Shown: piece after piece, positions 1 to 8,335 of the stretch
Layout of the letters: each line of letters begins with the position of its first letter
How positions within the stretch are numbered: the stretch's first letter is position 1
Source: Atribacterota bacterium
GTDB taxonomy: Bacteria; Atribacterota; Phoenicimicrobiia; Phoenicimicrobiales; Stramentimicrobiaceae
Length of the DNA stretch: 64,000 nt
Direction: 5' to 3'
NCBI GenBank assembly: GCA_040767965.1
Contig: JAXGNR010000004.1
Span: 192,001 to 256,000, forward strand
Notes under the pieces: model-generated
Told to the model about the DNA's origin: nothing
What the model saw: the letters and a program-made list of their open reading frames with translations, nothing else
Databases searched by the model: none
Program-made: the position numbers and the translations under genes

Positions 1-2
1 CG

Positions 3-215
3 GATGAAAGCAGGTTAGTTGCTCCCAGCGCCCAGTTTTATATCGGCTGGTGCTATGAGCAGCTTGAGAACTGGGAAGAAGCACTTGTGGCTTATCAGCT
101 GGTGATTGACAATTATCAGGGAAGCACTTTCAGCAACGGCAGTTCAATAACGGCATATTCCCAGGAAAGAATAGACTGGATTAATGATACTTATTTTCCG
201 GAACTGCCTGGGTAA
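3..215 (+). CDS. C-terminal fragment of a TPR/BamD-like protein (runs off window start)
   Basis: Frame 3 open from window edge: DESRLVAPSAQFYIGWCYEQLENWEEALVAYQLVIDNYQGS...; A-x-F/Y-x-IG-x-CY...EA-xxx-Y is TPR-like; stop TAA 213-215. Confidence 0.7.
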   Translation, partial: DESRLVAPSAQFYIGWCYEQLENWEEALVAYQLVIDNYQGSTFSNGSSITAYSQERIDWINDTYFPELPG

Positions 216-230
216 GAAGGGAGAATTAAT

Positions 231-295
231 ATGGGGTCAGGTCTTCACATTTTACATTATTTTGTGAAATGTCAAATGTGAAGACCTGACCCCAT
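231..295. repeat. 65-bp palindromic REP/MITE-like element
   Basis: Perfect 22-bp inverted repeat ATGGGGTCAGGTCTTCACATTT (231-252) / AAATGTGAAGACCTGACCCCAT (274-295), pairing extends further inward. Confidence 0.8.
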
Positions 296-297
296 TA

Positions 298-882
298 TTG
301 GAAGTTATGCCTCAACTGCAAGATGATTTAAAAATAATTGAATTATGTTTGCTTGGGAACACCCAGCAATTTTCAAATATTATAGAGAAATACAAAGGCA
401 TGGTTTATAATTTAGCTTATCGCATGTGCGGCAATTATCATGATTCGGAAGACATAACCCAGGAAACTTTTGTCAAGACCTTTCAGGCTCTCAGCCATTT
501 TAATCCGGCATTTCGCTTTTCTACCTGGCTTTATCAAATAGCCTTAAACGTTACCAAGGATCGATTGAAAAAGAAGAAGCTGGATAGCGTTTCCCTTGAC
601 AATAATTTTGCAGATGGCCGGGAATTACAAAATGAATTAACTTCTTTTCAAAACAACAAAAACAATCCTGAAAATTATCTGGATAGCGTTGAAAAAAAAG
701 AAATGCTGCAACAGGCCATGCTGTCTTTACCGGTGCAATACCGGGAAATTATTATACTAAGGCATCTGCAAGACCTGAGTTACCAGGAATTAGCCACTAT
801 TTTAAAAGTATCCCCGGATACCGCCCGGGTCCGCTTATTTCGAGCCAGAGAACAATTAAAGAAAATTTTAAAAAATATTTAA
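298..882 (+). CDS. ECF RNA polymerase sigma factor (SigW/RpoE-like)
   Basis: Region 2 (DSEDITQETF..., FSTWLYQIA) and region 4.2 (LP..YREIIILR..QDLSYQELA..L..SPDTARVRLFRAR); start TTG 298 or ATG 307. Confidence 0.93.
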   Translation: MEVMPQLQDDLKIIELCLLGNTQQFSNIIEKYKGMVYNLAYRMCGNYHDSEDITQETFVKTFQALSHFNPAFRFSTWLYQIALNVTKDRLKKKKLDSVSLDNNFADGRELQNELTSFQNNKNNPENYLDSVEKKEMLQQAMLSLPVQYREIIILRHLQDLSYQELATILKVSPDTARVRLFRAREQLKKILKNI

Positions 883-887
883 AGCAC

Positions 888-915
888 TGTAACATTTTTT
901 GTTCTCATTCGTATA
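888..915 (+). promoter_or_regulatory. ECF sigma promoter TGTAAC-N16-CGTATA upstream of anti-sigma gene
   Basis: tgtaac 888-893, 16-nt spacer, cgtata 910-915; fits AAC/CGT ECF consensus (B. subtilis SigW/SigX type); second copy at 4605. Confidence 0.75.
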
Positions 916-978
916 ACAAAGTAGAAGTGAAAATAAATCATTTTAATATTTATATTTTATAGGTGTAAAGATAATAAA

Positions 979-1638
979 ATGAAATGCTTACAAGCAAGAG
1001 AATTATTTCAAGAATATCTTGATAAACATATTTCCGCTGAAAAAAGAAGCCAATTAGAGGAACATTTGCTTAACTGTCCTTCCTGCCAGGAAGATTTAAA
1101 AGAATGGGAAATTCTTTTTTCAGATATTCAAATTCTTACAGAAGAGAAAACTGTTCCTGCAGGATTAACCCAGTCAATTATGTCTCACATCCAGACAGAA
1201 AAAATTACCGCAAAACAATCCTGGATAGAGAAATTAAAACACATTTTTGTAATCCCGCGCTTCTCTTTAAGGTGGGTCTGCAAGCGCACTGTTGCTTTAA
1301 CGGTAATGATATTTTTTGTTAACTTTATCTGGCTATCACCGGAAATGCTGCCAGAGGGGTTGACTGAAGTTCAGTTCAGCCTGAGAGCTGGCGGAGATCA
1401 GCCAACCAGTGTAGCGGTGGTAGGAGACTTTAATGATTGGAATCCCAGCAAAAACCTGTTAAAAGATGAAAACAACGATGGGATCTGGTCGCTAACCTTA
1501 AATCTGGAACCAGGCCGTTATGAGTACATGTTTATAATTGATGGCCAAAAATGGGTACCGGATCCGGAAGCATATCGTTATGTCCGGGATGGTTTCGGCA
1601 ATAAAAATGCAGTAATAGAAATAAGTAATTGCAGCTGA
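979..1638 (+). CDS. Anti-sigma factor: zf-HC2 (ZAS) + TM helix + C-terminal CBM48/AMPK-beta-like glycogen-binding domain
   Basis: C..(x)..HLLNCPSC ZAS motif; hydrophobic segment; SVAVVGDFNDW...GIWSLTLNLEPGRYEYMFIIDGQKWVPDP...DGFGNKN typical of AMPK1_CBM. Confidence 0.88.
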   Translation: MKCLQARELFQEYLDKHISAEKRSQLEEHLLNCPSCQEDLKEWEILFSDIQILTEEKTVPAGLTQSIMSHIQTEKITAKQSWIEKLKHIFVIPRFSLRWVCKRTVALTVMIFFVNFIWLSPEMLPEGLTEVQFSLRAGGDQPTSVAVVGDFNDWNPSKNLLKDENNDGIWSLTLNLEPGRYEYMFIIDGQKWVPDPEAYRYVRDGFGNKNAVIEISNCS

Positions 1639-1697
1639 AAAAGCTGTTAGTGTTAAGAGGAAGAGAAAGAACAAAAATTACAAGGTGTTAAAAATAA

Positions 1698-2675
1698 ATG
1701 AAAAAATTAAGGTTTACTGAAAAATTAAATAATAACAGAATATCATCTTTTCTATTTACCCTGTTATTTATTGTTCTTTTTTTGGTATTTACTGAAACAG
1801 GATTTGCGCAGGAAAAGGAACTTGCGAACCTGGAAAGAATTTTACAGCAGAACAGGTACAGCAGCTTCCAGCAGAGAATGATTATTACCACTACACAGGA
1901 ACTGTTGAAATTACAGGTTGATCATGCAGAGCTTAATAAGCTTTTATCTACCAGCATTGCTAACCGTTTTGATGCTTATAATATTAAAAAGATTTTAGAA
2001 GTAATTATTGATGCTAAAAAGAACGGGCTTTCTGAGAAGTCGCTGCTAAATAAATTTAAAGAAGGTTTAGCCAAAAGAGTAGATGAAAGATTAATTGTAG
2101 AGGTTCTTCTCAAAGAAGCTGAAAATTTAAAAATCGTAAAAAATATGCTTAAAGGCAACTTCATTGCAGAAGTATCATTTGAGCAGGATATTATAGTTGA
2201 TTCTTTAATGGAAGGTTTAAATAACGGAGTGCCGCAGGATTCTCTCTCTGAAGTAATTACCAGGGGTGCACGGGAAGGCAAAAGATTGCGGGAAGTAGCT
2301 GAAGTTAGTGCAGAAATGGGTAATTTAAGCTTAAAAGCTTATGAATTAGGTTTATCTGAACAGGAAGTAAATGAGGTATTTTCCAAAGCTGTAGCAAGCA
2401 GGAGTGGTATTGACGGTATCTGTGAAGATATACAGGATACCCTGATAGCTGCTGCAATAGCCAAAATGAACCTGGCTACCAGAAACAGCTCGGGAAGTTC
2501 CAGTCAGAGTACGTCAATAACCGGTATTTCCGAAGGTGAAGGCAGTACCTCTGGCTCCAGCTCAAGCAGTATTATTCCATCCAGCAGCAGTACTTCAACA
2601 CCTACTGCTTCTGATGACAAACCTGATACTGGCAGTACATCCGATAGCGGCAGTTCATCTCCACCGGAGAATTAA
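1698..2675 (+). CDS. Secreted helical hypothetical protein with Ser/Thr-rich low-complexity C-tail
   Basis: Signal peptide ending GFA-Q; C-terminal ~60 aa dominated by S/T/G/P. Confidence 0.7.
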   Translation: MKKLRFTEKLNNNRISSFLFTLLFIVLFLVFTETGFAQEKELANLERILQQNRYSSFQQRMIITTTQELLKLQVDHAELNKLLSTSIANRFDAYNIKKILEVIIDAKKNGLSEKSLLNKFKEGLAKRVDERLIVEVLLKEAENLKIVKNMLKGNFIAEVSFEQDIIVDSLMEGLNNGVPQDSLSEVITRGAREGKRLREVAEVSAEMGNLSLKAYELGLSEQEVNEVFSKAVASRSGIDGICEDIQDTLIAAAIAKMNLATRNSSGSSSQSTSITGISEGEGSTSGSSSSSIIPSSSSTSTPTASDDKPDTGSTSDSGSSSPPEN

Positions 2676-2843
2676 GAATAATTTACAGTTCTTTTAAAAT
2701 TTAATAAAATAGTATCGAGTATATAGCAGGTAGTATCTAGTGAAAAGTGAAAGCATGTTACGTTTTCCTGCAAAGGTGGAAGGTTATAAATGTATTTTAC
2801 TAACTACTATCGCTAACGACTAACAGATAAAGCAAGCTTCTGC

Positions 2844-2872
2844 TTGACTTTTTAAGCAAAATGCTTTATAAA
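2844..2872 (+). promoter_or_regulatory. sigma70-type promoter for Cys-rich lipoprotein 1
   Basis: TTGACT (2844-2849)-N17-TATAAA (2867-2872). Confidence 0.5.
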
Positions 2873-3084
2873 CTAAAATGATTGACTAAAGTCTTAAAGG
2901 CTGGTCACAAGCCCGCGTGAGGTCGACATGCGGAATATTTACTGTAGAAAATATTTATTTAATACAGGTAAAGAGCTTGAAGTCCAGATAAATAGAAGAG
3001 GAATTAATTAATTTCTCATAAAATCCATGGAAAAAAGAAAAATAGAAAATTAAGAAAAACAAAATTCGAAAGGAGAATTTTTTA

Positions 3085-4050
3085 ATGAAGAAATTTTTAG
3101 TATTATTACTGATCTCAGTCCTAGCCCTGTTTGTTTTTGCCGGTTGTTCTGGCGTAGTTCCAGGCGAAGGCGAAGGCGAAGGTGAAGGTGAAATCGAAGA
3201 AGCAACCGTTGAAATTGACGGTTCTGTAGTCTTAGAAGGCAAAACCTATGTTGCAGCAGGTACTCATACCATTACTGTTACTTTCCCGGCACCAGTAGCT
3301 AATGCAGGTGCCTATTTAAGTGATTGTTCTGGTGATTACAGCAAAGCACCAATGGAACCAGATATTGTCCTTTTCCCAAACGAAGACAAGACCGTCTGGT
3401 CAGGTTCCGGATCTTTTGGTGATGGTGATTGTGAACCCTGCTGTGCTTCTTACCTGTACATCGATGCCGGCGAATGTGAAGAAGATGTCTGTATTGCCAT
3501 TCCGGTAATCGTTGATGGTTTACCTCCATATGCTAAAATTTTAATTGAAGCAGATGGCGATGATTGTGTCTGTGAAGACTGTGATATTACCTTCAGTATT
3601 TATGAAAAAGAAATTGACTGTGCAGATGATGAACTTTGCTGTGGTGATGACTGCTCAGGTTTAGCCAGCTGGTCTATTGCTATCTTTGACGAAGATCCGT
3701 TTGCAGAATGCTGCACCATCCCTTGTGTAGAACCAGTCTTTACCTGCAGCGGCACAGATTGCCCAATTGAATGCTCAACCGGCTGCCTGGTAGTAGGAGA
3801 AGAGGGAGATAAGTACTATGTTATCGTCAGCATGGTTGACCAGGTTGGCAATGATATGGAATACTATGCAACCATTGAAATTGAAAGTGATTGCGAAATT
3901 ACTGTTACTGAACATGCAGCTAATATTCCAGTTGGCGGAATTTACCAATGCACAGATTGGGATGCTCCAATGCCTACTGATGTTGAAGGAACAATCGGAC
4001 ATTGCAATTTTCCAGCATGGACTAATCAATACGGAGAAGAAATCGAATAA
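3085..4050 (+). CDS. Cysteine-rich acidic lipoprotein, paralogue 1 (unknown family)
   Basis: Lipobox FAG-C, (GE)5 linker, 24 Cys in 321 aa by my count, very D/E-rich; SD AAGGAG. Confidence 0.85.
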   Translation: MKKFLVLLLISVLALFVFAGCSGVVPGEGEGEGEGEIEEATVEIDGSVVLEGKTYVAAGTHTITVTFPAPVANAGAYLSDCSGDYSKAPMEPDIVLFPNEDKTVWSGSGSFGDGDCEPCCASYLYIDAGECEEDVCIAIPVIVDGLPPYAKILIEADGDDCVCEDCDITFSIYEKEIDCADDELCCGDDCSGLASWSIAIFDEDPFAECCTIPCVEPVFTCSGTDCPIECSTGCLVVGEEGDKYYVIVSMVDQVGNDMEYYATIEIESDCEITVTEHAANIPVGGIYQCTDWDAPMPTDVEGTIGHCNFPAWTNQYGEEIE

Positions 4051-4085
4051 TAATCTAATATTAATTTAACCAATACTATAAAGAA

Positions 4086-4130
4086 AAAAAAATGGGTTAG
4101 GAATTAAATTTCCTAATCCATTTTTTATTT
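4086..4130 (+). terminator. Intrinsic terminator
   Basis: aaaatgggttaggaa-loop-ttcctaatccatttt followed by T-tract. Confidence 0.8.
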
Positions 4131-4604
4131 TCCTATTAATTTCTGTTTATTTTTTAATATTGAATTACTAAAAATATATAAAATATTTAACAACCAAAAT
4201 ACTTACAGTAAAATTATCTTTTATAACCACTCATAATTATCGATAAAGGTTTTTAATAAATATAGTTAATCATTAATACTATTATAATAATATATTTTTG
4301 TGAGTATTATTCGAAAACTACCAAAACGGTAACTATCCTTTTTTATGCTATTATATTATATGAATAATTAAATAAGCGATTGAGAAAGTGTAGTTAATCC
4401 AAATAAAGTTTTTTATAAATCTTTAAAAAATATGTTAATAATTCTCAAAAAAATTATAATTATGCAAATTGATATTTTTGATTTATTTCTATAATCTGCA
4501 ATCCTCTTTCTCTATAAATTAAGCCATTAAAAATATTCTAATAAGAAAATAATTTATTTAAAAACTATTTAAATTAAAAAAATTACAAAAAAATATAAAT
4601 ATTA

Positions 4605-4632
4605 TGTAACATCTTACTTGTCTTCTCGTATA
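4605..4632 (+). promoter_or_regulatory. ECF sigma promoter TGTAAC-N16-CGTATA upstream of Cys-rich lipoprotein 2
   Basis: tgtaac 4605-4610, 16-nt spacer, cgtata 4627-4632; same boxes and spacing as at 888. Confidence 0.72.
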
Positions 4633-4787
4633 ATAGTTAAGTGTTAATTTTATATTATAATAATGCAGAAAATAATTTTTAGTATTTTAGTATTTGAAGA
4701 ATATTAAAATACAGCAAAATTTAATTATGCAATAAATTTTAGTAAGTAATAATTAATTTAGAAAAAAGAAAAGGAGTAACAAAAAAC

Positions 4788-5804
4788 ATGAAGAAATTTT
4801 TAGTATTATTACTGATCTCAGTTCTGGCCCTGTTTGTCTTTGCCGGCTGTTCCGGCGTAGTCCCGGGCGAAGGTGAAGGCGAAGGAGAAGGCGAAATTGA
4901 AGAAGTAACCGTTGAAATAGACGGTTCTGTAGTCTTAGAAGGTAAAACCTATGTCTCAGCAGGCAACCATACCATTACTGTTACCTTCCCAGCACCGGTT
5001 TCCGGCAGCGTTTCTGCAGAGATTACCGGCTGTACAGGTTATTACGGTGATAAAGGGGAAATTCCAGAGTATAATGGAGCTGTAGTCCTTTTCCCCAATG
5101 AAGACAAAACTGTCTGGTCCGGTTCCGGTTATTTTGGAGGATATATGGGTCCTTTGAGCAGCAGACAAGGATCACCTATACCTATAAACGGATTTTACAA
5201 TGATTGCTGTGCCTCTTATGTCAGAATTAATGCCGGCGAATGTTCTGATGATGTCTGCATCGAATTTCCGGTTATCGTTGATGCTCTACCTCCTTATGCT
5301 TCAATTGTAATAGCTACAGATGATGAATGTGTCTGTGAAGACTGTGATATTACCTTCAGCATTTATGAAAGCGAAGTTGACTGTGCTGATAACGAAGCCT
5401 GCTGTGGTGATGATTGCTCAGGTTTAGCCAGCTGGTCTATTGCTGTCTTTGATACCAACCCGTTTGCAGAATGCTGCACCATTCCTTGTGTAGAACCAGT
5501 CTTTACCTGCAGCGGCACAGATTGCCCAATTGAATGCGCAACCGGCTGCCTGGTAGTAGGAGAAGAGGGAGACATGTACTATGTTATCGTCAGCATGGTT
5601 GACCAGGTTGGCAATGAGAATGAATTCTACGCAACTATAGAGATAGAAAGTGATTGCTCTATAGAGGTACAAGATTATAGCAGCAATATAGAGATTGGTG
5701 GAGTGCCATCCTGTACTGACTGGACCAACGGCCAAATAATCAGCGAAGATACTGAAGCTGGTGGCTATGTATTTGGTTATTGTGGTGATAAATTTAGAAA
5801 TTAA
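4788..5804 (+). CDS. Cysteine-rich acidic lipoprotein, paralogue 2
   Basis: Identical signal peptide/lipobox/(GE)5 to 3085; 23 Cys in 338 aa by my count; conserved Cys spacing. Confidence 0.85.
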   Translation: MKKFLVLLLISVLALFVFAGCSGVVPGEGEGEGEGEIEEVTVEIDGSVVLEGKTYVSAGNHTITVTFPAPVSGSVSAEITGCTGYYGDKGEIPEYNGAVVLFPNEDKTVWSGSGYFGGYMGPLSSRQGSPIPINGFYNDCCASYVRINAGECSDDVCIEFPVIVDALPPYASIVIATDDECVCEDCDITFSIYESEVDCADNEACCGDDCSGLASWSIAVFDTNPFAECCTIPCVEPVFTCSGTDCPIECATGCLVVGEEGDMYYVIVSMVDQVGNENEFYATIEIESDCSIEVQDYSSNIEIGGVPSCTDWTNGQIISEDTEAGGYVFGYCGDKFRN

Positions 5805-5852
5805 CCTGAATTAAAAAATAGAAAAAATAAAATAAAATATAATTGAAATTTA

Positions 5853-5891
5853 ATAAATAAAAGAGGAGGTTTAACCTCCTCTTTTATTTAT
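5853..5891 (+). terminator. Intrinsic (bidirectional-type) terminator
   Basis: ataaataaaagaggaggt-tta-acctcctcttttatttat perfect hairpin. Confidence 0.85.
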
Positions 5892-5992
5892 AGATGCTTT
5901 TTGTATCACAAAAAATAGGAAAAAATGCTATTAATTAATTAAATAAAATCAGATAGAAAATATTTTAATTTAAATCTATTTTTTGGTTTTGC

Positions 5993-6021
5993 TTGTCAAG
6001 GAAGAGATATTTCTATATAAT
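5993..6021 (+). promoter_or_regulatory. sigma70 promoter for lipoprotein at 6029 (probably leaderless)
   Basis: TTGTCA (5993-5998)-N17-TATAAT (6016-6021); ATG at 6029. Confidence 0.6.
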
Positions 6022-6028
6022 ATTTTCT

Positions 6029-6760
6029 ATGATAAAAATTTACCCAATTATAAAAAAAGGTATATTGCTCTTATCCTGTCTAGTATTTGCATTTTTATAT
6101 GCAGGATGCCATCAGGAAATTATTACCTCTAATCCGGATAATAATAATAATGATGACCAGTACTATAATGATATAAGAATACAATCGCTCCTGTTGGTCA
6201 AAGGAAATCCAGATATTGTTAAAGACTGTACTCCGGAATTTACAATATTTACAGAAAAGGATGAAGTTAAAAATATGTCTTTTAGCGGAAATGGGATAGA
6301 CTGGTCTCCCTGGATTCCATATGCCGAGAATTATGAAAATTTTAATATTGCCAGCGGCACATATGGAACTATGCGGGAATCAGGAAATAAAACCATTTAT
6401 ATCCGTTTCCAGGATGAAAATGGAATTGTCTTTCCAGCCGGATCACAGGAACCTGTTGTCTGTAATTTTAAATATAAAATGCAGGATTTGTTTTCTATTA
6501 AAATTGAACCATCAACAACAGAAGTTATGAAAGGTGGAAAAGCTAGTTTCCAAATAAAAGGATATGACATAGTATTAAATGAAGTACCTTTAGATCCTGC
6601 TCTGGCAAGCTGGACCAAGGGTTGCGGTGTGGGGGAATTAAATCCCATAGTTGGTTTAAGTACTACGTATACTGCTCCGGATATTGCCGGTGTAAGAGAT
6701 ATTGCTGCTCATTATGGATCTTTAAGAGTGGGCGCCAAAATATATATTTCAGAAAAATAA
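6029..6760 (+). CDS. Lipoprotein with Ig-like (Big) domains
   Basis: Lipobox YAG-C; FSGNGIDWSPWIPY and GNKTIYIRFQD beta-sandwich motifs; C-terminal domain similar to the 7926 protein; ATG 6029 preferred over TTG 5993. Confidence 0.7.
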   Translation: MIKIYPIIKKGILLLSCLVFAFLYAGCHQEIITSNPDNNNNDDQYYNDIRIQSLLLVKGNPDIVKDCTPEFTIFTEKDEVKNMSFSGNGIDWSPWIPYAENYENFNIASGTYGTMRESGNKTIYIRFQDENGIVFPAGSQEPVVCNFKYKMQDLFSIKIEPSTTEVMKGGKASFQIKGYDIVLNEVPLDPALASWTKGCGVGELNPIVGLSTTYTAPDIAGVRDIAAHYGSLRVGAKIYISEK

Positions 6761-6803
6761 AAATTATTATTAAATAAAGATTTTTAAAAAGGAGAAGATT
6801 ATA

Positions 6804-7555
6804 ATGAAAAAAATATTTGTCGTGTTATTAATATTATCAATAGCTCTGTTTGTTTTTTCCGGCTGTTCCGGTGTAGTCCCGGGTGAAGGTGAAGGCGAGG
6901 GTGAAGGCGAAGGTGAAGGCGAGGGTGAAGTCAAGCAAGTTGTTTTAGTTGAAACATTTGTAGCAGACGGTTGTGGCAATTGTGCCCTTCTTAAACCTAG
7001 ATTAGAAGATCTTGCTGATGAATATGATAGAAATGAAATGATCTTGGTGGAACTAATCCCATGGGCGACTTATTCACTATCTTTAGCTTATGAACGTTTT
7101 GATTGGTATTCACCAGACAACAAGAATATACCACAAACATATTTTAATGGGTCAAATAAAACAGTTGGCAGCTCTGCTTCTTACGCAACATTAAAAAGCA
7201 GAATCGATGCTCAGTTAACACTCACTCCAAAAGTTTCCATTCAGGCTTCTGCGCAGCACAAATGGCCAGACTTCAATAATTACCGGCTCAATTAAAAATA
7301 TTAGCAGCAATGATTTATCAAATCTGGTTATTAACGGAATGACTTTGAAAAGCAGAGGAAGCTTTGGTTATGCAGTAACAAATATTTTTGACAATGAAAA
7401 GATATCTCGTTTCCTCTTTAGCAGCAGGGGAGACTAAAAATTTCACAATGACATTAACAGATATAAATTGGGATGGCCAGGGTTATGATGGAGTTATTTT
7501 TGTTCAGTCTACAAGCGGCATTAAAACCATTTACCAATCTTTATATATTAACTAA
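6804..7555 (+). CDS. Omp28-like thioredoxin-fold lipoprotein (CGNC) with C-terminal Ig domain; two apparent +1 frameshifts
   Basis: FSG-CSGVVP(GE)8, VLVETFVADGCGNC, PQTYFNG; other frames continue RSTNGQTSIITGSIKN... and ...YDGVIFVQSTSGIKTIYQSLYIN*, matching the C-terminus of the 10765 protein. Confidence 0.75.
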
Positions 7556-7622
7556 ATTGTCACAGGGACGGTTTTTTTGACAATATACTACGAAAAATTA
7601 TTTTGTAGTATATTGTCAAAAA
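7556..7622. repeat. REP-like repeat copy 1 (ATTGTCACAGGGACGGTTYTTTTGACAA) plus adjoining hairpin
   Basis: 28-bp unit at 7556-7583, one mismatch to 8336-8363; TTTTTGACAATATACTAC/GTAGTATATTGTCAAAAA inverted repeat overlaps it. Confidence 0.7.
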
Positions 7623-7925
7623 TTAATATAAGTTCTTTTAAATGTAAACATAAACATTTATGAGTACAACATGAAACAGGCCTGTATCTTGATTAAATTT
7701 AAGATACAGGTTGTACTATCTTGTATCAACAATGATGTTTTGATCTAGCTTTTGTTTTTAAAAGGTTTTCAAATAAAAATTAAAAACTAAAACAAGTAAT
7801 ATTGTAAGTATCAAAAAATGAGCAGGATCACTTGTTTATATGCAAAATTCTCATTCGATCTGCCAGATATAAAAAATAAGAAAAGCCACTGAACTAAAAC
7901 ATAAACAATAAAGGAGAACTTTTAG

Positions 7926-8333
7926 ATGAAAAAAATATGTTTATTGCTTTTAATAGTAATATTCTCATTTTTAATAATCGGATGTTCCGGAGTTACACCC
8001 AATACTCCTGGAGATGAATATGATGAACAAAATACACAGGTATCTTATATAAAAGTTACACCAGCAAGTACAGAGCTTTCCTTTGGCCAGTCCAAAAAAT
8101 TTGAAGTCAAGGCTTACAATTCTGAAAACAAATTGGTTGCCATGGATGCCTCTAAGATTAAATGGACCTGTACTTATGAATGTATTGCCTGCGGAGTAGT
8201 TTGTAATGTATCACCAGTTACAGGATCAGCACAGACAACTTTTAAAGCAACCAACCCTGAAAAAACCGGCAGCTTTGAAGTCTGGGCAAATTATGATGGA
8301 AAATGGGCTAAGGCAAACGTTACTGTAAACTAA
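7926..8333 (+). CDS. Small lipoprotein with Ig-like (Big_2-type) domain and Cys cluster
   Basis: IIG-CSGVTP; IKVTPASTELSFGQSKKFEVKAY...W; WTCTYECIACGVVC. Confidence 0.75.
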   Translation: MKKICLLLLIVIFSFLIIGCSGVTPNTPGDEYDEQNTQVSYIKVTPASTELSFGQSKKFEVKAYNSENKLVAMDASKIKWTCTYECIACGVVCNVSPVTGSAQTTFKATNPEKTGSFEVWANYDGKWAKANVTVN

Positions 8334-8335
8334 AG

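Noticed and set aside
2710-2826. Short repeats TAGTATC(G/T)AGT and ACTAAC/ACGACTAAC after the 1698 gene
   Set aside because: Too short and degenerate to call; possibly a decayed stem-loop element
4130-4787. Long, extremely AT-rich intergenic region as a hidden gene or replication origin
   Set aside because: No credible ORF and no DnaA-box cluster seen; only the ECF promoter is supportable
3085-5804. Diversity-generating retroelement TR/VR pair in the two Cys-rich genes
   Set aside because: Mismatches in the shared block are C/T, T/G, T/C and A/T, not adenine-specific; both copies are full genes; no reverse transcriptase in the window
3163-6930. (GGNGAR)n as a phase-variable microsatellite
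   Set aside because: The 6-bp unit keeps the frame and codons vary synonymously, so it is a protein linker and not an ON/OFF switch
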